Below are positions 29,284-39,449 of a stretch of DNA of 64,000 nucleotides, in pieces. The position numbers were made by a program, and so were the translations under genes. Positions within the stretch are counted from its first letter, which is position 1, and each line of letters begins with the position of its first letter. The notes beneath the pieces were generated by a model, which was not told the DNA's origin, ran no database searches, and saw only the letters and a list, made by a program, of their open reading frames with translations. Source of the stretch: Candidatus Latescibacterota bacterium (GTDB lineage: Bacteria; Latescibacterota; UBA2968); the NCBI GenBank assembly GCA_965198115.1, contig OZ240241.1, positions 3,232,001 through 3,296,000 on the forward strand. Direction: 5' to 3'.

Positions 29284-31943
29284 GTACTCCTGTTCGCAAA
29301 TACGGTGACGTATTCTAAGCAGACTTTGCCAAGGGCGTATCGTAGAACCTGAGTTTGTCGATCATCTCCGCGAGATCTGTTCGTGTGAACTTCCATTTGA
29401 AGGGTGTGGCGATACGTCCGTAGCGTTCCTGAAAACCGAGGATTCTTGCCTCAAGCTCTTCGAGCGATGCAAATTCGATAGGTGTCAGAGCCTTGCGTTT
29501 GAGGATCGAGAAGTAGATCTCGATCTGATTGAGCCAGCTTGCGTGGATCGGAAGGTGAACGGGGTGGATGTTTGGCCACTTCCCCTGGATACGGTCGATG
29601 CATGTTTGCCCTCGGTGCGAGGAGCCATTATCCACGATGAGGTAGACTTTCTTTGCCGAGCAATAGGGTTTCCGGCTCATGATCAGGCTCAGGAGCCGGT
29701 TGAAGGGCTCGATACCCGAAGAAGACTCACAGAGACCGAAGATTCGACCATTGTGCACGTCGAGAGCAGCCAGATAGGCCAGGGCTCCTTTCCGCTCGTA
29801 TTCGTGTTTCAACGCGTGCCGCTCTGTTCGAGGCTGGCGGTAGGGTAACGTGCTTGCGAGCTCGTGCTTGAATACTGGTCTTTTCGTCGGCAGAAAGTAC
29901 ATATTCCCTCGGCCCTAAAGGCTTTCCTTGCCATTGGCGGTGATACAGATCAAGGACTCTACCTGCTTTGGTTTGGAAGTCCGGGTCCCGTGGGAAAATC
30001 CAGGAGCGATGATACCAAGGACGAATCGCGTCCTCGTTCAACCAGCGCCAGACAGTGGCGCCGCTGATCTTGGCAACGAAGCCCCTTTGCACTGCCTCGG
30101 CGGCAATCTCGGAACAGCTGAACCGCGAGAGCGGTATCCCGCTCTCGCTCGGTAGTTCACACGCCAGCGCCTTGATCTGAACGACCACCTGAGGGGGGAA
30201 AACCGGGCGGGCGCCCGGGACGAGATCTATCTTCGAGTCCCGAAAGACGCTCTTCGAAAAAGCGCTTACGCCATTTGCTTACGATCGGACGCGGGGGTCA
30301 AGTCCCATAGTCAGTTGAAAACTCATCGGGCCCCGTAGTTTGGTCAGGCTCTCTTTTGAGCATTCTGTTCGTTGTCGAGATTCAGATCTTTGTTCAGTGC
30401 TTGCCTGAGTAGGGGAAGATGTTTGTATCCGCTCACGCGTCGCAGGCGAGGTTCGATGTCGAGGAGTGCGGCAGCCACCCATCTGTGTCTCTGGGGAGAG
30501 TTGTTCCAGCGTCTGACCTTCCGAGTGAGCTCGCCGGTCCTGCTGTTGAGGGCTTCGATGCAGTTGGTGGTTCGGAAGCTTCGTTTCAGGAATGGGAGCA
30601 TACCCAGCCGGTGGAGGGTCAGGGTTTCCTCCAGGCCTTCCTCGAGGCTCGTTACGGCAGACTGATTCATCAGCTTCAGTTCGGGTTTAAGTGATTCGAG
30701 TGCGGCCTTTGCCTCCTCGTAGGTGTCGCAGTCATAGGCTTTCTGGAGCTTCCGTCGAACTCTTGGACGTTCCCTCTCCGGGAGATAGCTGACGACATTC
30801 TCGCGCTTGTGCCACTGACAGCGATGAACGCGCACATACCCTTTGAGGGCTTTGGTGACAGCACTGCGGAGTCCCTTTGAGCCGTCAAGCACAACGAGAA
30901 GGCCCTGGTCGTAGCACAGGCCTCTCCGGATGAGGTCCTGGATCAGCTGGCGGCAGATCCGTTCGTTCTCCGTCGCCGATTCGACGAAGCCCAGGGGGAT
31001 CTTCTGGCCGTCCATCGTGACCCCCGGAGCGATCACGATCTCTTCGTCGGCAAAGCTCTTTCCGTCAATGAACAGGGTCACGAAGCCGTAGTCGTCGAGG
31101 GGACGCTCCTGGAACTGCTTCAGCTTCTTCGCGGTGGCTTTGATGAACCGCCGCGAGACGGAGGACGCTGAGATACCAAACGCTTCTGGAACCGATTCGG
31201 CACAGGCCTTGTAGTTGCGGCACGAGATCCCCTTGAGAACACGAAGCAACAGCCCCTCGTCCGTCTTCTTGGGCGTCTGTAGAGCCCGGTATGCAGCCAG
31301 GGAAACCTCTGCGTCGGCCTCGACGTCGCGCACCCGGGGAACGTCTAACGGGAGCTTCTGGCCATCAGATACACGGATCCCTTCTGGCTTCCCCACCGAC
31401 GATGCGCCTGCTCCGAACCTTTGCGCGCATACCGAACGCCTGCGAGCTGCTCGACCTCCTGCTGGAGGAGGTCTGCCACTGCCTCCAGACCCAACGGGAT
31501 CAACGCCTGGATCACCGACAAACGCGTCTCCAAATCGATGACATCGCCCTCAACCTTGACTTCACCATCGCCTACAAATAGCTTCTCCATCTGGGCTCCT
31601 TTCTTACGGGTATACGCTCCTACACGTCTACCCAACGTAAGTTTGGAGCCCTCTAAGTTTCAACTACGATAGGCACAACACCGACGCGGGACATCCAACC
31701 GTTGGGCGATAATCTTGTTGGATAATCCCTCGGCGGCGAGAAGCACGATTTTCGATCGGATCACTTGATAATACGGTAACGTATATTGTCCAGCCATTCG
31801 CTCGACGAGGTCGACCCGTTCCTTCTCAGACAGTAGCACCACATAAGGCGAACGTCTTGGCATTGTTCTCCTCCTTTTGAAGGAGAACATAAGCTACAAA
31901 TAATGTTCAGAACATACGTAATAATATTTATGAACCCATGCAC
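29284..31943 (-). mobile_element. IS630-family IS, copy 3, interrupted by an IS256-family element
   Basis: Same ends and ORFs as copies 1/2; orfA split at 30295/31683. Confidence 0.92.
30296..31682 (-). mobile_element. IS256-family IS (transposase 31590-30344, frameshift ~31368)
   Basis: 8-bp TSD GACGCGGG (30288-30295, 31683-31690); IRs GGT...AGTTGAAA; FIDGK, LDGSKGL, RCQWHKREN, TTNCIE. Confidence 0.92.
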
Positions 31944-31965
31944 TAAGCCTCGTCCTATCCCCAAA

Positions 31966-32052
31966 ACCTCAGTGATCTCAGTGCCTGCCTGCCGGAGGAG
32001 GTGGGTCCTCAGTGCCCGTCCTGAGTAGGCTGCGCTGCAGCCTTACCGAAGG
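31966..32052 (+). repeat. 9-mer (ctcagtg) array with embedded short palindromic elements
   Basis: acctcagtg atctcagtg ... tcctcagtg; taggctgc-gct-gcagcctta hairpin. Confidence 0.5.
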
Positions 32053-32100
32053 AGCCTTTTTCTTCTCCGTCACACGCCACCAAGGCCTATCTTGGCACCA

Positions 32101-33456
32101 ATGAACCTGCGTGTTCTCTTCAGCCTTCTGAGTCTTCTCCTCATCGCCTGCGTTTCGGCGTTTGCGCCCCTCGATCTGACGCAAGACGATCGCATCCTCG
32201 TCGCCGTTGCCCTCACCGCCGCGATGCTGTGGACGCTCGAACCGGTCCCGATCGAGTGGACCGCGCTCGCGCTGTTGTTCGCCCTGCCCGCGCTCGGGCT
32301 CGTGACCTTTGAACAGGCCTTCGCCTCTTTCGGGGGAAAGGCGATGTGGCTCGTCATCGCCGGAATGGTCCTCAGCTCGCTGATCACCGAAACCCAGCTC
32401 GCGGGCCGACTGTCCAGATGGATTGCCGGACGCGCTGGCCACGCTGGCTTCATCCTCGTCCTGCACGTCATCGGTCTGATCCTGGCCGTGCTCATCCCAT
32501 CCGGCGTCGTGCGTGTGCTCATTATTATGCCTGTCATCGTCCGGTTGCTGGAGGATCTCGGCGAACGACCGGGTTCGAAAACGTCGGCCGCTATCGTCCT
32601 CTCCATCGTGTGTGCGACTTACTACGGGGGAACCGGCGTCCTCACCGCTTCCGTTCCGAACCTCGTAGTGATGGGCGTGCTCGAATCGCGCGGCACGCTC
32701 GTCTACTGGGCGAACTGGGCGCTCCATATGTTTCCCGTCATCGGGCTTCTCCGTGTCGCGATCGGGGCCGGATTCGTCTACTTGCTTTTTCGCCCACAAC
32801 CGCTTGCGAAGCGCGCATCATCGCCCCCTCCTGAACCGATGGGGCACAGGGAGATCACCGGGCTCATCTTGCTCGGTCTGGCGATTGGATTCTGGTCCAC
32901 CGATATCATCCACGGCATCCATCCGGCCCTCGTCGGTCTCGGCATTGCCGTTTGCTGTTTTCTCCCTCGCGTAGGCCCCCTACATATCAACGTCTTGCGA
33001 AAGATCAATTTCCCCATCGTCGTCTACATCGGAAGCGTATTCGCCATTGGTGAGGCGATGGAAGTCGTCGGCACGAGCGGTCGCATGGCAAGCGCCTTGG
33101 CCCGAGCCATCGACCTTACAGGATCGGCGGGCGAGCAGCTGTCGGCCATCACGTGGGCAGTCGCTCCCTTCAATTTCCTCGTCGACACCGCAGTCGTCGC
33201 CGGCGTCCTGACCCCCGCCCTGCTCGACCTCGGCGTCGGAGCGGGGCTTACGACGACCCAGGTCGGACTCGCCGTGGCCGTCGGCACCGGACTCGTCTTC
33301 ATCCCCTACCAGGGTGCCCCGTTCATCCTCGCCTACAGCTTTCAATACGTCAGAATGAGCCAGTTCATCGCCTTGATGGCCCTGATCTGTCTCGTCCATC
33401 TCCTTCTGCTCGTCCCGCTCAACCTGGTTTACTGGCGGTGGCTCGGTCTGTTCTGA
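32101..33456 (+). CDS. SLC13/DASS family anion permease
   Basis: WTLEPVP, LIPSGVVR, GGTGVLTASVPNL, IPYQGAP; many TM segments. Confidence 0.85.
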   Translation: MNLRVLFSLLSLLLIACVSAFAPLDLTQDDRILVAVALTAAMLWTLEPVPIEWTALALLFALPALGLVTFEQAFASFGGKAMWLVIAGMVLSSLITETQLAGRLSRWIAGRAGHAGFILVLHVIGLILAVLIPSGVVRVLIIMPVIVRLLEDLGERPGSKTSAAIVLSIVCATYYGGTGVLTASVPNLVVMGVLESRGTLVYWANWALHMFPVIGLLRVAIGAGFVYLLFRPQPLAKRASSPPPEPMGHREITGLILLGLAIGFWSTDIIHGIHPALVGLGIAVCCFLPRVGPLHINVLRKINFPIVVYIGSVFAIGEAMEVVGTSGRMASALARAIDLTGSAGEQLSAITWAVAPFNFLVDTAVVAGVLTPALLDLGVGAGLTTTQVGLAVAVGTGLVFIPYQGAPFILAYSFQYVRMSQFIALMALICLVHLLLLVPLNLVYWRWLGLF

Positions 33457-33463
33457 CCGATCC

Positions 33464-33492
33464 TTGACAGGCAGAAGTCGCACGGGTACTAT
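33464..33492 (+). promoter_or_regulatory. Sigma70 promoter of the iorA-like gene
   Basis: TTGACA, 17 bp, TACTAT. Confidence 0.65.
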
Positions 33493-33530
33493 CTCCTCAG
33501 TCCATCATCGTACCCATCGGAGACAATTCA

Positions 33531-35147
33531 ATGTCACGACAGAATGTCAATGGCGAGCAGGCGCTCGCGTGGGGGGCCGTCGAGGCGGGTGTGTCCGTCG
33601 TATCGGGCTATCCCGGATCGCCCGGCACGAACACATTCAACGCCCTCCAGGAGATGAGCAAGGATCACGGCCATCATACCGAGTGGTGCCTGAACGAAAA
33701 GATTGCCCTCGACATCGGGGTCGGCTCATCCCAGGGCGGAAAACGCGCCCTCGTGTGCTTGAAAAGCGTCGGGATGAACGTCGCCCTCGACACCCTGATG
33801 GTGGTCAATATGACCGGCGCCCACGCAGGGCTCGTCGTCCTGATGGGCGACGACCCGGGCGCCTGGGGGTCGCAGAACGAGCAGGACACGCGCCCCCTCG
33901 CACCGTTCGCCGAGATTCCGATGGTCGAGCCCGCGAGCCCCGCCGAGGGCCGCGCGACGATGAAGTGGGCGTTCGATTACTCTGAAAAACATCGGACGAT
34001 CGTCATCGTCCGCATCACCCGGAGCTACAGCGTCCAGATCGAAGAAGTGGACGCCCTCGACGCGCCGAAAACCAAACCGTCCCTCGACCCCGCTCGCGAG
34101 CCGTGGCGATTCGTCTCCGCTCTGAAAACAGTCGATCGCAGCCACAGGCGACTTCATAAAAAGCTGGCCGCGATCCGATCCGAATTCGATTCGAGCGACC
34201 TCAACACCGTGTCGGGTTCGGGGGTGAAGGGCATCATCACGACCGGATTCGTCCACACCAAGTTCCTCGAAGCCGTCGAGGGCGCCGACCTCTCCGACGT
34301 CGCAGTCCTGAAGGTCGGCACCCTGTATCCACTGCCCGAAAAAACGATCGGTGACTTCCTCGTAGACCGTGATGAGGTCGTCGTGTTCGAAGAGGTCGAT
34401 CCCTACCTCGAGGACGCCATCAAAACCATCGGCTACGACGTTGGCGCGAAGGCGAAGATCCTCGGCAAGCGAACGGGCGACGTCAACTGGGTCGGCGAGT
34501 TGTTCCGCTGGCATATGCAGGAGACACTACGGTCGTTCGCCCCGGGATTTTCGCCAGCGAAGGAATTCACAGAAGAGAATTGGGAAGAGGAGAAACCGTT
34601 CAGGAAGGGCCACTGCTCGGGTTGCCCCTACGTCGAGATCATCAAGGCGTTCCGTGATGAAGCCGGGAAGCTCGGGCAGAACCCCTTCCTCGCGGGCGAC
34701 CCGGGATGTCTCGTCATCGCCGCCGAATACCTCGACACGAAGCTTTGTATGGGGTCCGCCCTCGGGGTAGCCTCTGGACTCAACTCGTCTGGTGTCAACG
34801 AAAGGACCGTGGCGGTCATCGGCGATTCGGCCTTCTACCACGGCGGACTGCCAGCGCTCGTTCAGGCCAAAGCCACGAACGCCAACACCCTCATCCTCAT
34901 CCTCGACAACGGGGGCGCGCTCACCACGGGCGGCCAGCCAACACCGGACGAGGGCATCGACCTGGGCGACAACACAGGCCCCCAAGTAGGCATCGACACC
35001 ATCGCCCGCGCCTGCAGAGTCGACCCCATCTGGGAAGTCGCGGAAACGGATTCCGACGAACGAATGCGGGAAGTCTTCCGCGAAGCCCTTCAGAACGACA
35101 CACTGAGTATGGTCATCCTGCGGAAGGCGTGTAAGCCGGTCGATTGA
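33531..35147 (+). CDS. iorA: Indolepyruvate ferredoxin oxidoreductase alpha-subunit-like TPP enzyme
   Basis: GYPGSP, NEKIAL, KSVGMNVALD, DDPG..SQNEQD, CSGCP, GDSAFYH..LDN. Confidence 0.82.
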   Translation: MSRQNVNGEQALAWGAVEAGVSVVSGYPGSPGTNTFNALQEMSKDHGHHTEWCLNEKIALDIGVGSSQGGKRALVCLKSVGMNVALDTLMVVNMTGAHAGLVVLMGDDPGAWGSQNEQDTRPLAPFAEIPMVEPASPAEGRATMKWAFDYSEKHRTIVIVRITRSYSVQIEEVDALDAPKTKPSLDPAREPWRFVSALKTVDRSHRRLHKKLAAIRSEFDSSDLNTVSGSGVKGIITTGFVHTKFLEAVEGADLSDVAVLKVGTLYPLPEKTIGDFLVDRDEVVVFEEVDPYLEDAIKTIGYDVGAKAKILGKRTGDVNWVGELFRWHMQETLRSFAPGFSPAKEFTEENWEEEKPFRKGHCSGCPYVEIIKAFRDEAGKLGQNPFLAGDPGCLVIAAEYLDTKLCMGSALGVASGLNSSGVNERTVAVIGDSAFYHGGLPALVQAKATNANTLILILDNGGALTTGGQPTPDEGIDLGDNTGPQVGIDTIARACRVDPIWEVAETDSDERMREVFREALQNDTLSMVILRKACKPVD

Positions 35148-35207
35148 CACGAGCGGGCGAAGGGGCGATAGGGCGTGGCATGGAAATGGTCAATATCAGG
35201 TTACGAG

Positions 35208-35241
35208 AGAAGCCCCCTTTGGGTATACCAGAGGGGGCTTA
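35208..35241. terminator. Hairpin between convergent genes
   Basis: aagccccctttgg...ccagagggggctt. Confidence 0.6.
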
Positions 35242-35320
35242 CTTATTGTGATAGACCGAGCAGGGTCACTTCGAGTGGAGTCGAGAAGTCCTCCCCTCAA
35301 CCTCAGTTCTCTCAGTGTCC

Positions 35321-36634
35321 TCAGTGGCTGCCCTGTTTTTGGTAGTGTTCTCCCACCTTCCTGAACGCCTCGACGAATTGATCCACAACGCCATCCGCAG
35401 GATCTGTCAGCACAGGTAACGTCAGCATCCGCGCCAGCGCCTCGCGTGTTTGGGGGAACTCGTCAGGTTCGTACCCTTCGTAGCCTTCCCACAGCGGACC
35501 GCGTCCGTGGGTGTAAAGATCGAACCCGCGCGCGAACAACGGCATCATATGGTAGGGCTGATGGCCGCTCGGTCCGATGCGATCGGGCACGACGGCTCCC
35601 TCCTTGACATTCACGCCTTCGGCCTTCAGCGCCGCGCAATAGTCCGCCCGCGGCAATCCGCCCAGGTCCTCCGGCCAATAGCGTGCCTGCATTCCGCTGT
35701 ACCAGCCACCCGGCTCCGCTTTCGGGTAGACGTAGAGCGGATCGATCCCGGGAACGTCCTCGAGCCCCTGGTTCAGGGCTCTCGCGTAAGCGGAACGCTT
35801 TTCGTTCTGCTCTTGAACGCGCGTCAACTGCACTTTCGCGATCGCCAGTCCCAACGGATGCGCCCGAAAGTTCATCCCCAGCCCGAACGGTGCCAGCTGA
35901 GCGTGTCTAGAATCCTTCAGCTCATCCGCCAGACCCTCCCGACCCCCGTGCGCGAACAGGAGCACGCGCTCGTAGAGATAGCGATCCATCGTCGCCACCA
36001 TTCCAGCCTCGCCTCCACACACCGGCTTGCCGCTGCCCGGTACCCCCTGGAAGCTGAACGCCCCCATCGCACCGATCGTCCCGACGCACCTTCCGTCGAA
36101 CTTCGCACCGTGCGCGTGCGAACAATCCTCGACCACCGGGATGCCGTGGCGATCGGCCACATCCATAATCCCGGCCAGGTCGCAGATGTTGCCACCCCAG
36201 TGAACGGCCACGATCGCCTTCGTATGCTTCGTGATCCGTCGCTCGACATCTTCGGGGTCGATCAGGAACGTCTTCGGGTCGATCTCGGCGAACACGGGAC
36301 GCGCGCCCAGCTGATACGTCGGCGCCACCGAACAGATCCACGTAAAGTTCGGATGAATCACCTCGTCACCCGGCCCGACACCCAGCGCGAAATAGGCCGA
36401 CCACAGCGTCGACGTCCCGTTGTGCTGTGACACGGCGTAGTTCGCACCGATCATCTCGGCGAACGCACCCTCCACGTCGCGCGCCAGCTTCTGCCCCTCC
36501 GACCAGACCGCATTCGTCGCAACCGTCCGCTCGACCTCCGCCACCATCGCCGCCGTCATCCCCCCCCACCGATCCAGCTCGTCGATCGTCACAGCCTTGG
36601 GTCCACCCTGTGATGCCAGTTTCTCAGCCATCAT
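35321..36634 (-). CDS. DegT/DnrJ/EryC1/StrS PLP-dependent aminotransferase
   Basis: NGTS, GVGPGDEVI, VEDCSHAHGA, FSFQ...K...GEAG. Confidence 0.92.
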   Translation of the reverse strand: MMAEKLASQGGPKAVTIDELDRWGGMTAAMVAEVERTVATNAVWSEGQKLARDVEGAFAEMIGANYAVSQHNGTSTLWSAYFALGVGPGDEVIHPNFTWICSVAPTYQLGARPVFAEIDPKTFLIDPEDVERRITKHTKAIVAVHWGGNICDLAGIMDVADRHGIPVVEDCSHAHGAKFDGRCVGTIGAMGAFSFQGVPGSGKPVCGGEAGMVATMDRYLYERVLLFAHGGREGLADELKDSRHAQLAPFGLGMNFRAHPLGLAIAKVQLTRVQEQNEKRSAYARALNQGLEDVPGIDPLYVYPKAEPGGWYSGMQARYWPEDLGGLPRADYCAALKAEGVNVKEGAVVPDRIGPSGHQPYHMMPLFARGFDLYTHGRGPLWEGYEGYEPDEFPQTREALARMLTLPVLTDPADGVVDQFVEAFRKVGEHYQKQGSH

Positions 36635-36652
36635 TCACTCCAGAAACTAAAG

Positions 36653-36800
36653 TCGAGTTCCGAGTTCAGAGGTATTGCAAGAAGACACAGGGGCGAAGCC
36701 GTCGCTCGTCTACCGTCCACTGTCTACCGTCCACGGGTTCGCGGCCGGGAGGCCGCTCCCACCAGTTTGTTTCCGTTCGTGTATTTCGTGTTTTTCGTGG
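36653..36800 (+). repeat. Cluster of 7-mer and 9-mer tandem repeats at the recombinase-region edge
   Basis: tcgagtt ccgagtt; cgtctac cgtccac tgtctac cgtccac; ccgttcgtg tatttcgtg tttttcgtg. Confidence 0.7.
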
Positions 36801-38635
36801 CTCCTGTCTTGGAGTTTTGGTACCAGTTGGATGTTCAAACCCATCGACAGAGAGAAAGGCTGCCGAGAGTTTACGTGGATTCACCCGGTAATCCAAGACC
36901 ATCTCACCCCCCGGATGTAGATGAATCCGCTCGACACAGGCGTGGATGATGGCCTTGCGCATTCGAAACTGCTTAAGCTGATCCTCTGAGTAGCTTCTAT
37001 TCTTTACGAGAAAAGATGGAACCGTATCGTCGACATCGACTAGCGAGAGGATTCCATCGCCCGCAAACGTCAGCGCGTGGGCGAGACCATCCTTAAGTGC
37101 GTCGGCCCCCTCGCGCGCATCCAGCTTGGCAGTTATCTGATGAATCTCTTGATCCAGGTGCACGCCTTCTGCTTGGATCCTGTCCACTTGCTTTTGATAC
37201 CGGCTTCCCGTCAGCGTTCCAGATACGTACGCAAAATCCGCTCGCTCAACATGTCCTGCAAGACCGTCCCTCTTCTTTTTCAGACTTTCGAGTCGCTGCG
37301 CCATCGCTTCTCCGCCTTCTGAATCGAACTGTTCCTGCCAGATCGCCAGGATTTTCTCGGGCTTCATCAGCATCCGATGCACTTGTGCGGACACTCGCTG
37401 ATTCACGTCCGATATTTTTTGGCTGGGCGCGCTGCACCTCTTTCCGAACTGATCGAATCTGGCGTTGCAGTAGAGCCGGCCATCGATCAGGTTCGACCGT
37501 TGGCCATACATCCCCCGTCCACCCCCTCGGTATCCTCGGTCCTCTTCGTGACAGACTCCGCAACGAAGAAGCTTGCCAACAGATACTCGGTCGCGTCGGT
37601 GCGGGTGCCTTGCGACTTCTTGCCGTCCTTGGCCGCAGGCTGTGCCTTTTGCCAGGTGGCGTCGTCGATGATCCCGGGCACCGAGCAGGAGACCCATTCG
37701 GATCTGGGCTTCAGCCGTTGTTTTTTCCGACCCGTCAGCGGGTCCTGCTCATACGCGTATTTGCTGTAGTTGAAGACTCCCTTGTAGGTCTCCGAAGATA
37801 GCACGCCCCGCACGTGCTGCGGTCGCCACGGCACACCTTTATTGGTCAGGGTGCCTTGCGCATCGAGAGTCAGGGCGATCCGGTAGGTCGCCACACCTCG
37901 CAGACACATCTCAAACATACTGCGGACCACCTTGGCCTTCTCATCATCAACGACGAGCCGCGAACGCGAGCCCTGCTTGCCGCGAGCCGAGTCGCCTGTT
38001 AGCTCCAGCCGATAGCCGAAAGGGGTGCAACCGCCCGGCCAGTGACCATGTTCGGCTGCCGCAAGTTTGCCCTGGATCATCCGTCGGTGGCGCGTGTCAG
38101 AATCAGCTTCGACGATCGATAGCCTAATGGACGTCTCCAGCTTCTCCGGATCGAGCCAGCCCTCATTTATGGTGTAAATCAGCGCGTCCAATTCCAAAAG
38201 GACGGCCGTAAACTCGCCTCTCTGACGGGCCTTCTCGGCACTACCGGCTTTGAGCCTTATCAGACGATCAAGGAACGTCGACCGCAGCACCGACAACTTG
38301 CCGGCAGTTCGTAACTCCTTCGCCGTCTCCAGCAGAACACGCCCGGCTGGACGTTCCCAAAGCGGATACCGTTCTGCCGATACCCCAAGATCGAGCAAGA
38401 TGGTATGGGAGTCGTCCACGAACACCGTCTCGGCTGACTGCTGTTTGGCAGGCGTCCGCTTCCCGCCGTCGTAGACGACCAGGGAATCGAACCGGTGCAG
38501 GGGCCACTGGTTCTGTTCGGCGTCTTCGTTCAGCGCACGGATGTTGCCAAGATGCGTCTCGGCTGCTCGCTGCTCGGCGGACGAAGAACGGTGGTAGGAT
38601 AGGATGACTGCATTCTGTGGCAAGGTAGTCTGCAT
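36666..38635 (-). CDS. Large serine recombinase (resolvase + recombinase + Zn-ribbon + coiled coil); apparent frameshift ~37577
   Basis: YHRSS catalytic motif, DRLIR, GHWPGG.TPFGY, IIDDATWQKAQ, then LRCGVC...YC...C; GGAGG RBS before ATG 38635. Confidence 0.85.
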
Positions 38636-38652
38636 TCGGGCCTCCATCGGTA

Positions 38653-39291
38653 TCAGGGGGTTATCACTTTCGGCTGTAGCCAATTTGACTGATTCTTCGA
38701 CGTCTGTCTCGTGATTTCCTGGTGCATCCACAGGATTCCGGGCACAAACAGGTTCCTGTGCTGAATGGGGTCAATCCAGCCCATCCATTTCGGAAAGCTA
38801 CCATCCGACATGAGGGCAATACCATAGACAGCCACTGTAATTCCAAACAGGAGACCCAGGATACTTGCGAGGCCTATCTCAATCTGTCTCACTGCGAAAG
38901 TGGCAAGGAACAGCATTTCTTTGTCTGCTGTCGAAGCGGCTGCCCAACTGTCCACCATCTGTTTGAGCGCTATGCCATCAACGGCCTGTAGGGCTCCCGC
39001 TACTGATAGACTCGACCCAGCGCCAACGACGCCCAAGTAAGCCCAACTCGCGCCATCACCGTTAGACATCAGTCTCGACAGGAAAACCAGGGCGACCACG
39101 ATCAATATTATGCCGAACAGCTGCATCAAGTGGCTAGCTATCCAAGGGCGGTTGGCGGCATATTCCGTGAAGGCAGCCACCGGGTCGTTCGGATCAGCAT
39201 TCGATGGACGCAAGAAGGTTCCTACAAACAGGGTCAAGGCTCCGGCAACAGCAGCTACAGCACACATCTTATAGGTGTTGTGTTCAGACAT
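38653..39291 (-). CDS. Multi-pass membrane protein (DUF4386-like), C-terminus probably truncated
   Basis: About 5 TM segments; hydrophobic pattern is lost after FPKWMGW. Confidence 0.6.
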   Translation of the reverse strand: MSEHNTYKMCAVAAVAGALTLFVGTFLRPSNADPNDPVAAFTEYAANRPWIASHLMQLFGIILIVVALVFLSRLMSNGDGASWAYLGVVGAGSSLSVAGALQAVDGIALKQMVDSWAAASTADKEMLFLATFAVRQIEIGLASILGLLFGITVAVYGIALMSDGSFPKWMGWIDPIQHRNLFVPGILWMHQEITRQTSKNQSNWLQPKVITP

Positions 39292-39317
39292 TTACTTAGC
39301 TCCATGATTAATGGCAT

Positions 39318-39410
39318 TCACTGGCTCGCGTTGACGGTCACGCTGCCGGTGTCGGTGAACTTGCTGGCGTTGCTGAGGAGGTTGATCACCTTGGCGCTTT
39401 GTCGGTGAGC
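39318..39410 (-). pseudogene. Histidine kinase HATPase N-box remnant
   Basis: Reads VINLLSNASKFTDTGSVTV. Confidence 0.65.
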
Positions 39411-39449
39411 CTGGCCGATACATCCTGCTTCTGTTTCAGGCCTCCCGTA

